In this document: positions 28,469-37,890 of the stretch, piece by piece | Layout: every line of letters begins with the position of its first letter | How positions within the stretch are numbered: the first letter of the stretch is position 1 | Origin: Planctomycetota bacterium | GTDB lineage: Bacteria; Planctomycetota; UBA1135; UBA2386 | Assembly: GCA_965228735.1 (NCBI GenBank) | Contig: OZ245838.1 | Coordinates: 6,272,001-6,336,000, forward strand | DNA length: 64,000 nucleotides | Reading direction: 5' to 3' | The notes under the pieces: model-generated | The model's input: the letters and a program-made list of their open reading frames with translations, nothing else | Told to the model about the DNA's origin: nothing | Database searches by the model: none | Made by a program: the position numbers and the translations under genes

Positions 28469-29781
28469 TCGACCCCATGGCCCGGTTCGAGCCGACTGCG
28501 CGCGATCCGTTCGACCTGCGCAAGGTCTCGCACCTGCTGCGGCGCGCCGGCTTCGCCGCGCCGCTCGGCACGCGCCGACGATTGGCCCAGAAGGGCCTCG
28601 ATCGCGCGCTCGCCTGGGTCATGCCCGAGGACGGCGAGCAGCCGCGCCTCGACGACCGCTTCGACGATGTCGTCGCCACCGGCGAGATCGAACGCCTGCG
28701 GGCGTTGCGCGTCGCCCAGGCGCTGTCCTCGCGGCTGCAGCTGCGGCAACGTCTCAGCTACTTCTGGCACGACCATTTCGCCACGAGCAACCAGAAGCTG
28801 CGTGACCCGCGCGCGATGGCCGAGCAGTTTCGGACCTTCGATCGGCTCGGCTCCGGCTCCTTCGATGATCTCGTTCGGGCGCTCTGCCGCGACCCCGCGC
28901 TGCTGCGGTGGCTCGACAACGACGTCAACACGAAGAGACAACCCAACGAGAACTTCGCCCGCGAGCTGTTCGAGCTCTTCACCCTGGGTCGCGGCAACTA
29001 CACCGAGGTCGACATTCGCGAGGCGGCCCGGGCGTTCAGCGGCTGGCACGTGCGCGACGGGCAGTTCCACTTCGCGCCCAACCTGCACGACTCCGGGAGC
29101 AAGTCGGTCTTCGGTCGGACGGGCGAGCTCGACGGCGACGACATCGTCGACCTCTGTGTCGAACGCGAAGATTCGGCGCGCTTCCTCGCAACGCGATGGC
29201 TGCAGTTCTTCGTGCATCCGGAGCCGGAGGACGACGAGGTCACGGCACTCGCGCGGGTGTATCGCGACCACGGGCGTGACGTGCGGCGCACGATCGTCAC
29301 GCTGTTGCAGAGCCGCCTGTTCTTCTCGCCACGGGCCTACCGCAGCATCGTGAAGAGTCCTGCCGAGTTCACGATCGGCGCGGTGCGCCTCCTCGGCGGG
29401 CGGGTCGCGCCGGCGTTCGTCGCGCGCGTCATGGGCGCGCTCGGCGAGACGTGGTGCGAGCCCCCGTCGGTCGAGGGTTGGCAGGGCGGTCGCGCGTGGC
29501 TGTCGCCCGCGTCGTGGCTCCTGCGCAGCAACTTCGTCGCCGACGTGCTCGCGGGGCGTCGCGGCAAGTTGCGGCCGGCGCCGCAGAGCCTGTTCGACCG
29601 CGTGCGCCCGGATCAGCGCGCGAAGGCCGCGCTGCTGTATCTGCTCGACGGCGACGTCGACGACGACGGGCGCGAACGCATCGAGGCGCTGGCCGCGAGC
29701 CAGCAGAACCACGGCAGCCGCGCGGCGGCGGCCGAGTTGCTGCACGCGGTCGCGTGCCTGCCGCAGTTCCAACTCAACTGA
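28465..29781 (+). CDS. DUF1800 family protein
   Basis: HLLRRAGF, FWHDHFATS, PNENFARELFELFTLG...YTE.DIREAARAFSGW and PPSVEGW. Confidence 0.93.
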   Translation: MIDPMARFEPTARDPFDLRKVSHLLRRAGFAAPLGTRRRLAQKGLDRALAWVMPEDGEQPRLDDRFDDVVATGEIERLRALRVAQALSSRLQLRQRLSYFWHDHFATSNQKLRDPRAMAEQFRTFDRLGSGSFDDLVRALCRDPALLRWLDNDVNTKRQPNENFARELFELFTLGRGNYTEVDIREAARAFSGWHVRDGQFHFAPNLHDSGSKSVFGRTGELDGDDIVDLCVEREDSARFLATRWLQFFVHPEPEDDEVTALARVYRDHGRDVRRTIVTLLQSRLFFSPRAYRSIVKSPAEFTIGAVRLLGGRVAPAFVARVMGALGETWCEPPSVEGWQGGRAWLSPASWLLRSNFVADVLAGRRGKLRPAPQSLFDRVRPDQRAKAALLYLLDGDVDDDGRERIEALAASQQNHGSRAAAAELLHAVACLPQFQLN

Positions 29782-29808
29782 GACATCTCAACTGAGACAC
29801 AACGCGCA

Positions 29809-31038
29809 ATGACGAACCGCATCGATCGCAGGTCCTTCCTCATCCGTGCCGCCGCGACCCCGCTCGCGTTGGCGGCGCCGGGTCCGGGCGCGTTCTGGTT
29901 GCCGCGCGGCGACGACAGGCTGCTGCTCGTGCTCGAACTCGTCGGCGGCAACGACGGCCTCAACACCGTCATCCCCGTCGATGACGACAACTACAAGAAG
30001 GCACGCCCGACGATCGGCAGCGTGCGAAACGGCGCGCACGCGCTCACGGATGGCACCGCGCTGCACCCGGCACTCGCGCAGCTGCATCGCCGCATCCAGG
30101 ACGGCAAGGGTGCGGTCGTGCACGGCGTCGGCTACCCGCAACCCGACCGTTCGCACTTCCGCAGTCGTGACATCTGGCACACGGCCGATCCCCTGCACCA
30201 GGAGGTCAAGTCGTCGACGACGGGCTGGCTCGGGCGCGCGGCCGATCAGCTGAGCAAGCGCGGCGCCGGCGTTCCGGCGGCGGCCGTCGGGGGCCTCGAG
30301 GTGCCGCTCGCGCTGCGCGCGAGGAAGGTCAACGTGCCGAGTCTCGCGCGCGTCGAGGACTTCCAGTGGCTGTCGGCCAGGAGCGGCGGCACCGTGGCCG
30401 CCGGTGCGCCCGTGCGCGCCGTCGTCGACCACGAGGGCCAGGGCCAGAGCACGGATGAGCTCATGCGGTTCGTCGGCGACGTCGCCAGGAAGGGCGCGTC
30501 GCTCGCCGACGAGCTGGCGGCGGCGCTCGCCGATTATCGGCCGCGTGCCGAGTATCCGGGCTCCGACCTCGGGAGGAATCTCGGCCTCGTCGCGCAGCTC
30601 GCGGTCGCGGGTTTCGGCACACGCCTCGTGCACGTCGGGTTGTCGGGGTTCGACACCCACGCGCGCCAGCTGCCGACGCATGCCGGTCTGATGCGCGAAC
30701 TCGACGGCGCGCTCAGTGCGTTCCTCACGGATATCGAGAAGCACGGGCTCGGCGATCGCGTCACCGTCCTCGTTCACAGCGAGTTCGGGCGGCGCGTCAA
30801 GGAGAATGCGAGCCAGGGCACGGACCACGGCGCCGCGGGACCGGTCTTCGCGTTCGGCGGCGGCATCCAGGGTGGCTCGCACGGCCAGGTGCCGAACCTC
30901 GAGGACCTCGACGACGGCGACGTGAAGAGCACGGCGGACTTCCGCGACGTCTACGCCGACCTGCTGCGCTGGCTCGGCGCCGAGACGAAGCCGGTGCTCG
31001 GCGGCGAGTTCCGTGGCGTCGGGCTGACGCGGCGGTAG
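29809..31038 (+). CDS. DUF1501 family protein (Tat substrate)
   Basis: Tat motif DRRSFL. GGNDGLNTVIP, RSHFRS, GFDTH, SEFGRR..EN..GTDHG and DFRDVY. Confidence 0.93.
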   Translation: MTNRIDRRSFLIRAAATPLALAAPGPGAFWLPRGDDRLLLVLELVGGNDGLNTVIPVDDDNYKKARPTIGSVRNGAHALTDGTALHPALAQLHRRIQDGKGAVVHGVGYPQPDRSHFRSRDIWHTADPLHQEVKSSTTGWLGRAADQLSKRGAGVPAAAVGGLEVPLALRARKVNVPSLARVEDFQWLSARSGGTVAAGAPVRAVVDHEGQGQSTDELMRFVGDVARKGASLADELAAALADYRPRAEYPGSDLGRNLGLVAQLAVAGFGTRLVHVGLSGFDTHARQLPTHAGLMRELDGALSAFLTDIEKHGLGDRVTVLVHSEFGRRVKENASQGTDHGAAGPVFAFGGGIQGGSHGQVPNLEDLDDGDVKSTADFRDVYADLLRWLGAETKPVLGGEFRGVGLTRR

Positions 31039-31063
31039 ACCGCGTGCGGTAGAGTGACCCGCG

Positions 31064-32344
31064 ATGGTGCTCTCCCGAACGCGGCTGATTCCCTTCGTTC
31101 TGCTGGCCGCCTGCGCCGCGTCGCAGGACGCGGCTCCCGAAGTTCACGGTCGCATCGAGGATCTCGGTTCCGGCCTGCAGCTCCTGCGGACCTGGGGCAC
31201 TCCGGCCGAGCGCGGCTACGCCCACGGTTTCCTGCTCGCGGAGCAGGTCGCCGCGGTCGGCATCGCCGAGTTCGGCGCGCGGTTCGGCCGCGGTGCCGGC
31301 AAGGCGATCCTCGAGGTCGCTCGCAGTTCGATCGATCGGCTCATCGAGTATCCCGACGACGTGTTGCAGGAACTCGAAGGGCTGTTCCGTGGCCTGCAGG
31401 CCAGCGGCGTCGACCGTCGGATCGAAGCGCTCGACCGGGACTTCGACTTCACGGATCTCAAGGTGGCGAACGCGCTCGACGTGTTCGGCCTCATGGGTTG
31501 CAGCGGCGTCACGGTCTGGGGCGATCGTGCGGTTGGCGGCGGCGTGCTCACTGGGCGCAACTTCGACTGGCCATTGACGGGCAGGCACATGCTGGATGGC
31601 ACGGTGCTGCTCGTGCAGCATCTGTCGAACGGGCGCGCGACCGCGTCGGTCACGTGGCCCGGCTACGTGCCGGTCGTCACGGGGATCAGCCGCGCCGGGG
31701 TGGCGACGTTCCTGCACGTCGGTTCGGCCAAGGTCACTCTCACGCCCGAGCCCGGATCGTGGCCGACCGCGGTGGCCGCGCGCGCGATCCTCGAGGGCGT
31801 CGCTGCGGACACCACGGCTGCGGCCGCGTTCGAGCTCGCCGCCGATCGGCTGTCGTGGACGAGTCCGCCGGCGGGGTTCCTGACCCGCGTCGTGCTGCCG
31901 CGCGTGCCGGCGAACGGACCGCCGGTCGCGGTGTTCGAGACGGACAGCAAGAAGGCCGTGCGGGGCGGCGCGATCACCGACTACTCCGTCGTCACGAACC
32001 ACTTCTGCGTGCGGCAGGACGGCCGATCGGCTGGCCGCGACAGCACCGGCCGCGCCAAGCAGCTCGGGCAAGGCCTCGATCGCTGCCTCGCGGAGGACGA
32101 CAAGGCCGTCTCACCCGCCGAGATCTGGGGCGTGCTGTCCAACGTCGAGCGTGGCGGCGGCCGGCGGTTCGGCACCCTGCACTCGCTCGTGTTCCGCCAC
32201 GAGCCGTGGTGCTTCGAACTGCGCATCGGCACGCTCGACGACAACGGCCGCATCGTCGCAGCGACCGCGAGCGAGCGGCGGTTCGAACTGACGCGCGAAC
32301 AGATCTTCGGCCCCGAAGACGCCCTCCCGGGCACGAGTCGCTGA
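31064..32344 (+). CDS. Peptidase C45 / Ntn-hydrolase family (acyltransferase-like) exported protein
   Basis: GTPAERGYAHG, G-CS (autocleavage Cys), GRNFDW and TNHF motifs. Confidence 0.82.
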   Translation: MVLSRTRLIPFVLLAACAASQDAAPEVHGRIEDLGSGLQLLRTWGTPAERGYAHGFLLAEQVAAVGIAEFGARFGRGAGKAILEVARSSIDRLIEYPDDVLQELEGLFRGLQASGVDRRIEALDRDFDFTDLKVANALDVFGLMGCSGVTVWGDRAVGGGVLTGRNFDWPLTGRHMLDGTVLLVQHLSNGRATASVTWPGYVPVVTGISRAGVATFLHVGSAKVTLTPEPGSWPTAVAARAILEGVAADTTAAAAFELAADRLSWTSPPAGFLTRVVLPRVPANGPPVAVFETDSKKAVRGGAITDYSVVTNHFCVRQDGRSAGRDSTGRAKQLGQGLDRCLAEDDKAVSPAEIWGVLSNVERGGGRRFGTLHSLVFRHEPWCFELRIGTLDDNGRIVAATASERRFELTREQIFGPEDALPGTSR

Positions 32345-32383
32345 CGGGGTTGTGGTTGGTGCCTGGCACCGTACACAACCCCG
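32345..32383. terminator. Hairpin between convergent genes
   Basis: CGGGGTTGTG (32345-32354) / CACAACCCCG (32374-32383) with an inner GGTGCC/GGCACC stem. Confidence 0.6.
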
Positions 32384-32388
32384 CTCGC

Positions 32389-34380
32389 TCAGAAGGACCC
32401 TGTCAGCAGGGCGAGGGCGTCGGATACGACGGCGCCCAGAGCGTTCGTTCCCGGGTCGAGCACGAGGGCCTGGACGTAGAAGTTCACGCCGGCAAACGTC
32501 CCGTTGTTCGGCAGGGAGATCGCGTGTTGCGCGATGCCGCCGGTACCGATCAGGATGACGTTCGCGTCCGGGCTGGCGTGGCCGGTGCAACCCGGGGCTC
32601 CGAGGCTCGCGAGCGATAGCGGCAGCGGGCCGAACGGCGACGTCGTGTTCGACAGGCCGATCATCAGGAAGCCGACGTTGGTCGGCATGTTGTCCAGTTC
32701 GACCGTCGTGGTCGTGCCGAGCTGCGGCCGGCTCGTGCCCACGGGCTGCAGCGTCGGAACGCCGAGTGAGCCGGCGCAGCCCGGCGCGTAGAACGTGATG
32801 CTGCCCTGCGGGAAGGAGTTCTCCCTGAGGTAGTGCAGCTCGCCGACCCACTGCCGCGGCGCGAACTGCGGCGCGACGGTGAACGGTCCGTTCGGGACCC
32901 ACGCGGCGGCGACCGGGGTGAGCGTGAGGTCAGCGTTGCTGATCGGAGCGCTCGCGTTGAGGTAATACGCGGAGTTGCCGTTGTGATAGATGCCGACGCC
33001 GTAGCTCCTGCCCGGCAGCAGCAGGATCGGGCGGTCGAGCACGACGCGCGCGGGCACGTTGGCGCCCGGCGTGATGCCCGTGGCGGTGGCGACGCGGCGC
33101 CACGCATCCGGGTTGGTCTCCTTCCCGAGCGCGCTGCCGTCGGTCAGGAACACCTCGATGGCCATCGGGTTGCCGGCCGGCGTGTAGCTGTTGCAGTCGA
33201 TCGCGCAGATCGACAGCGCTTCGGTCGCGTTCACCGTGAGGTCGAACATCACGACGCCGAACTCGTTGATGAAGCTCGCGGCGTTGTAGCCGCCCGTCGA
33301 CAGGCTGTCGCTCGCGATCGTGACGCGGCGGGTTCGGGACGACGTGCGGCAGCCGTTCGTCACCGTGAGCGTCGCCGCGTAGCTCCCGGGGCCGTAGGTC
33401 GTGAGCGGGTTCTGCAGCGTCGAGTCGACGTTGCCGTCGCTGTCGAAGTCCCACGCCCATGACAGCGGCGTGCCCGTGCTCTGGTCGGTGAACTGTACGT
33501 TGAGCGTCGGTGCCGGACCGGTGTTCGGGCTCGGATCGAAATCCGCCACGAGCGGGTCGATGCTCATGAGATCGGGCCAGACCACCGAGGTCGAGCCCGC
33601 CGCAGTCGTCACCGTGAGTCGCACCGAGTAGTCCCCGCAGGTGGCGTAGGTGAACGCCGGATTCTGCAGCGTCGAGTCGACCGTGCCGTCGTCCTCGAAG
33701 TCCCACGCCCAGCCCGTGATCGCCCCGCTCGCCGCCGTCGATAGGTCGCGGAACTGGACCAGGTGCGGGCTCGCGCCGGTCGGCTCACTGGCGGTGAAGT
33801 CGGCCTCGTCGCTCGTCGCGGGCGCGTAGTGCACGCGCACGTTCGCCTCACGTGGCGAGAACACGGTCGAGACGAACGGCTCGTTCTGCGCGGAGCCTGG
33901 CGTGATCGTCAGGTCACCGTTGGCGGATGGCGTCGAGTTGTTGCTGTAGCGCGTGGCCGCGCCGTGGTAGAGCACCGCGACGCCGTAGCTGCCGGGGGCG
34001 AGCACGAACGGCTTGTCGAGGATCGCGACCGTCGGGTTGTCGCGGCCGGCCGTGAACATGGTTGCGCGGCCGCGCAGCATCCACGTTCCCGGCGCCGGGC
34101 CGACGAGGTTGCCGACGTGTGAGACGCCCGCCGCGGTGGTGTAGACCGAGATGCTCGCCGGCGTCGCGCGCGGGTTCTGGCAGTTCACGTCGAAGCGGTG
34201 GATCGAGAGTCCCGCCGGGTTGGTCACGGTGACGTCGAAGTAGACCGCGCCGCCGACGCTGCCGCCGTTGTTGCTCGTGAAGGTCGTCGTGAGCGACTGC
34301 GCGGCGAGCGACGGGATGAGCAGGGCGAGCAGCAGAGCGAATCGGGCGCGGAGGCAAACGAGAGTGGCAGCCTGCAACAT
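32389..34380 (-). CDS. Secreted PKD-domain protein with shared C-terminal domain
   Basis: Signal peptide ending LAA-Q. Two PKD repeats (WAWDF..DG.VDSTLQNP) flanked by a duplicated beta domain. SD GAGGAG upstream. Confidence 0.85.
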   Translation of the reverse strand: MLQAATLVCLRARFALLLALLIPSLAAQSLTTTFTSNNGGSVGGAVYFDVTVTNPAGLSIHRFDVNCQNPRATPASISVYTTAAGVSHVGNLVGPAPGTWMLRGRATMFTAGRDNPTVAILDKPFVLAPGSYGVAVLYHGAATRYSNNSTPSANGDLTITPGSAQNEPFVSTVFSPREANVRVHYAPATSDEADFTASEPTGASPHLVQFRDLSTAASGAITGWAWDFEDDGTVDSTLQNPAFTYATCGDYSVRLTVTTAAGSTSVVWPDLMSIDPLVADFDPSPNTGPAPTLNVQFTDQSTGTPLSWAWDFDSDGNVDSTLQNPLTTYGPGSYAATLTVTNGCRTSSRTRRVTIASDSLSTGGYNAASFINEFGVVMFDLTVNATEALSICAIDCNSYTPAGNPMAIEVFLTDGSALGKETNPDAWRRVATATGITPGANVPARVVLDRPILLLPGRSYGVGIYHNGNSAYYLNASAPISNADLTLTPVAAAWVPNGPFTVAPQFAPRQWVGELHYLRENSFPQGSITFYAPGCAGSLGVPTLQPVGTSRPQLGTTTTVELDNMPTNVGFLMIGLSNTTSPFGPLPLSLASLGAPGCTGHASPDANVILIGTGGIAQHAISLPNNGTFAGVNFYVQALVLDPGTNALGAVVSDALALLTGSF

Positions 34381-34527
34381 GGTGGTTCTCCTCGGTTCCG
34401 GGTGTGGCGCCGCGGCGCGGCGATCCAGGGTCTCGCAGGATACGGCGGGACGGGGTCGGCTGCAGGGGGGGGCGCGGCGATCTTGCCCCTCGACCTCCCT
34501 GGCGAGACCGGTAACCTACCCCGCTCG

Positions 34528-35481
34528 ATGGCCGACCGATCATTGCAACAAGCCGCCAAGGGCCTCGGTTGGGGCGCGTTCCTCGCTGGCCTGATCCCGG
34601 GGCTCCTGCAGTTCCAACTCGGTCAGAAACCGCGCGCCGTCATGGCGTTCGTCAGCTGCACCGTGGTGTTCTTCGCCGGGTGGGTGATCGTCGGCGAACG
34701 GCTCTTCTACTGGAGCCTCGTCGTGCCGGACGCGAGCACGGACATCGTGCGCGGCATGGCGCGGGTCGGCTTCCCGCTCACGCTGCCCGAGCTGCTCAAC
34801 GTGCCGGCCAACGCGCTCGGCGCGATCCTCGCGTTCGACGGTTCGCCGAGCGGCGAGCGGCTCTGGCGCGCGCCACGCGACTTCGAGCACATCGCCGGCT
34901 GGTTGACCGCTGCGAGCGGCATGCTCGCCGCCTTCTGGGCGGCCGCGGCACAATGGCAGCTCCGACTGCGTCGCGACGGCAAGGAGAGCTCGCCGGCGCC
35001 CGTCGCCGATCCGGCGCTGTGCGCAGCGCTGTCGTGGGTCGTGCCCGGACTCGGGCACGCCAAGGCCGGGCAGAAGGACAAGGGCCTGCTCATGGCGGGC
35101 GCGGTCGTCATCGTCTTTGCGATGGGGCTGCTGTTCTCGCAAGGCCACGCCGTCGACCGGGCGACCGCGTCCGTGTGGTGGATGGGGCAGAACCTGTTCG
35201 GCGGCGGCACGCTGTTCGCCGCGCTCGTGACCGGGCCGATGCAGATGGAGGCCGCGCCGCAGCACCTCGATCTCGGCGTCGTGCTCTGCACGGTCGCCGG
35301 TCTGATGAACCTCGTGGTCATGGTCGACGCCTACACGGTCGCCGAGCGCTCGGTGTTCCCGGTGAAGGGCAAGCCCGGCGGCGGTTCCGCCGTCGAGGAT
35401 CGCGCCGTCGACACCGCGCCGGTCGCGAGTGCCGCCACGGCCGAGGCCGTGACTGATGCGGCCAGTGGAGGAACGGCCTGA
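34528..35481 (+). CDS. DUF6677-like membrane protein (two tandem modules)
   Basis: AFLAGLIPGL..FQLGQ..RA and ALSWVVPGLGH...GQ..KG...VAGLMNLVVMVDAY repeats. Multiple TMs. Confidence 0.65.
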   Translation: MADRSLQQAAKGLGWGAFLAGLIPGLLQFQLGQKPRAVMAFVSCTVVFFAGWVIVGERLFYWSLVVPDASTDIVRGMARVGFPLTLPELLNVPANALGAILAFDGSPSGERLWRAPRDFEHIAGWLTAASGMLAAFWAAAAQWQLRLRRDGKESSPAPVADPALCAALSWVVPGLGHAKAGQKDKGLLMAGAVVIVFAMGLLFSQGHAVDRATASVWWMGQNLFGGGTLFAALVTGPMQMEAAPQHLDLGVVLCTVAGLMNLVVMVDAYTVAERSVFPVKGKPGGGSAVEDRAVDTAPVASAATAEAVTDAASGGTA

Positions 35482-35675
35482 TGGACCTGCTCTTCCGCAT
35501 CGCGGTCTACGTGCCGGTCCTGTTCCTCATCGCGATCGTCGTCGTCGCGCAGAACCACGCGGATGCACGGGGCACCCTGCAGGAAGCCGTGAAGCGCACC
35601 GGCCGCTGGGTCTGGTGGAGCGTGCTGCTCGTCGCGTTCATGCTCGCGCTCGAGTTCCTGTTCATCGGCTTCTAG
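35481..35675 (+). CDS. Small two-TM membrane protein
   Basis: 64 aa, translationally coupled (TGATG), SD GGAGG upstream, two hydrophobic helices. Confidence 0.7.
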   Translation: MDLLFRIAVYVPVLFLIAIVVVAQNHADARGTLQEAVKRTGRWVWWSVLLVAFMLALEFLFIGF

Positions 35676-35753
35676 TTGGTTCTTTCGGGGCGAACTGGCC
35701 GGCGGATGAGCAGTCGGTCGCAATAGTCCGGGGCTCCGTTCGCACCTGCCCGG

Positions 35754-36674
35754 ATGCGCCGTCGCTCCATCGTCCTGCTGACCGCAGCCGTCGGCCTCGG
35801 TGGGGCCGGGCTCGCTGCGGCCCTCGGCCTCTGGCTGCCGCTCGCCTCGCCCGTGCTCGCCAGCGTGCCGCCGCTCGCCGCGCCGCTGCGAACGGGCGCC
35901 GAGCACGACGCGCTCTACGGCCCGCCCGATGATCCGTCGGCCTACGTGATCGACGTGGCGGCGCCGAACCGAACCGCGGAACGTGCCGGCCACGCGCTCG
36001 TGCTCGGTCTGCGGCACACCAACGCCGAAGCGGCGCCCCAGATCGCGGAGCTGCGAACGCGTTTCGCCGGCTTCGAACCGACGCTCGTGCTCGTCGAGGG
36101 CCGGCTCGGGCTGCACTTCGGGTCCAGCTCGGGGCTGCTCGCGCGCTTCGGCGAGTCGGGCGAGGCCGTCGCGCTTGCCGCGGCTGCTGGCGTCCCCTTT
36201 CAGAGCCTCGAGCCCGATCGGGCGAGCGAGGTCGCGGACGCGGTCACGGCGTTCTCGCCGGCCGAGGTGCTGGCGTTCTACTTCCTGCGCGTCTTCACCA
36301 GCGAGCGCGGCAACAGCTGGCCCATCACCGAGCTCGAGAGCGAGGCCGCGCATCTGCTCGGCAAGCGCGGGTCGCGGACCGGGCTGGCCGACGCGTTGCC
36401 GGACCTCGCCGCGATGGACGCGTTCTGGCGTGAGCATCGGCCACAGGCCGCGCCCGCGGACTGGCGCGAGCTGCCGGCCAAGGCGCTGTGGCGCGATCCC
36501 GAGGGCACGTGGCTCGCGCGCCTGGCCGAGCACATCAACGGCTACCGTGACCGTCACTTCGTCGCGGCGATCGCGGCGGCCGTGGCGCGCGGCGAACGCG
36601 TCCTCGCGGTCTGCGGCAGCAGTCACGCGATCCTGTTCGAACCCGCGCTGCGCGCCGCGATCGCCGGGGGGTAG
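35754..36674 (+). CDS. Hypothetical protein (possible TraB/GumN-like fold)
   Basis: N-terminal anchor. H...F..F.P.LVLVEG and RDRHFV...VLAVCGSSH pattern. Confidence 0.55.
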   Translation: MRRRSIVLLTAAVGLGGAGLAAALGLWLPLASPVLASVPPLAAPLRTGAEHDALYGPPDDPSAYVIDVAAPNRTAERAGHALVLGLRHTNAEAAPQIAELRTRFAGFEPTLVLVEGRLGLHFGSSSGLLARFGESGEAVALAAAAGVPFQSLEPDRASEVADAVTAFSPAEVLAFYFLRVFTSERGNSWPITELESEAAHLLGKRGSRTGLADALPDLAAMDAFWREHRPQAAPADWRELPAKALWRDPEGTWLARLAEHINGYRDRHFVAAIAAAVARGERVLAVCGSSHAILFEPALRAAIAGG

Positions 36675-36691
36675 CGGCCGCGGTCGACGCC

Positions 36692-37747
36692 TCACGTCGC
36701 GATCCAGACATCACCCGGCTGCCGCCGGATCACCCCGCGGCCCTCGAGTGCCAGCGTCACCCGCAGGAACGTGGCGCGGTCGAGGCCGCTCTCGCGATGC
36801 AGCAGGTCGCTCGGGCGCGCGCCGCGCCGCAGAACATCGAGCACGGCCTGCTCGTCGGCGCTCGCGGTGAGTGCGAGTGCGCGCCCCTGGCCCGCCACGC
36901 CGAGGTCGCGCAGCAGCGCTTCGGGGCCCTCGACGATGCCCGCGCCGTCCGCGATCAGTCGATGACAGCCCTGGCTGCGCTCGCTGTGGAACGGTCCGGG
37001 CAGCGCGAACACGTCCCGCCCGCAGTCGGCGGCGGCCGCGGCGGTGTGGAGCGCGCCCGACGTCAGGCTGGCCTCGATGACGAGCGTCGCCGCCGCGCCG
37101 GCGGCGAGGATTCGATTGCGCCGCACGAAGTGGCCGCGCCGCGCGCGGCGGCCGGGCGGCAGTTCGCTGACGACGCAGCCGCCGGTCCCGACGATCGCCT
37201 CGATCAGCCGCTCGTGTTCGCGCGGATAGACGTGGTCGAGTCCACCCGCGAGGACGGCGACCGTCGGCCGATCACCCTCGACCGCGGCGCGGTGCGCGAT
37301 CGCGTCGATGCCCCGAGCTAGCCCGCTCCACAGCACGACGCCGGCACGAACGAGCGCGCCCGCGAACTGTGTCGCGCCCTCGCGGCCGTAGCCGGTCGGG
37401 GTGCGGCTGCCAACGAATGCGACGGCGGGTTGGTGCGCCAGGGCCTCGAGGTCACCGCGGCAGAACAGCGTGAGCGGGCGGTTCGGCAGCAGCTGCAGCC
37501 CCGCCGGATACTCGGGCCGATCCGGCGTCAGCAACGCGAGGCCGAGACGCTCGGCATCGCGCCGCATTCGTGCAGCCGCCGAACCCAGGTCCGGATCGTG
37601 CAGCCGCCGCAGCACGCGCGGCGGGACCTCCGGCGGTCCTGGCGGGTCGGTCAACAGACGGCAGGGATCGGCCGTGGGGTCGAGCAGCGCGTCGACGGTG
37701 CCCTCGTCGAAGCCCTCGGCCACTGCTAGTTGCAGGTAGGCGTCCAC
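36692..37747 (-). CDS. dprA: DNA-processing protein DprA
   Basis: VAFVGSR, SGLARGIDA.AH, F..RNRI, EAS..SGALHTA, ALPG and C-terminal winged helix. Confidence 0.95.
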   Translation of the reverse strand: MDAYLQLAVAEGFDEGTVDALLDPTADPCRLLTDPPGPPEVPPRVLRRLHDPDLGSAAARMRRDAERLGLALLTPDRPEYPAGLQLLPNRPLTLFCRGDLEALAHQPAVAFVGSRTPTGYGREGATQFAGALVRAGVVLWSGLARGIDAIAHRAAVEGDRPTVAVLAGGLDHVYPREHERLIEAIVGTGGCVVSELPPGRRARRGHFVRRNRILAAGAAATLVIEASLTSGALHTAAAAADCGRDVFALPGPFHSERSQGCHRLIADGAGIVEGPEALLRDLGVAGQGRALALTASADEQAVLDVLRRGARPSDLLHRESGLDRATFLRVTLALEGRGVIRRQPGDVWIAT

Positions 37748-37890
37748 GCCTCCCTGTGGCGCGCAACTGGCCGTTGGTTACATCGTGCTCCGCGTTCCCA
37801 CGCCCCCTGTACGCAGAACGGGCGGCCCCACGTCCGCGGAGCCGCCCGTCCTGTAGTCGCCGTCGAGCGCGGGAGCGCTCCCTGGCGGCA

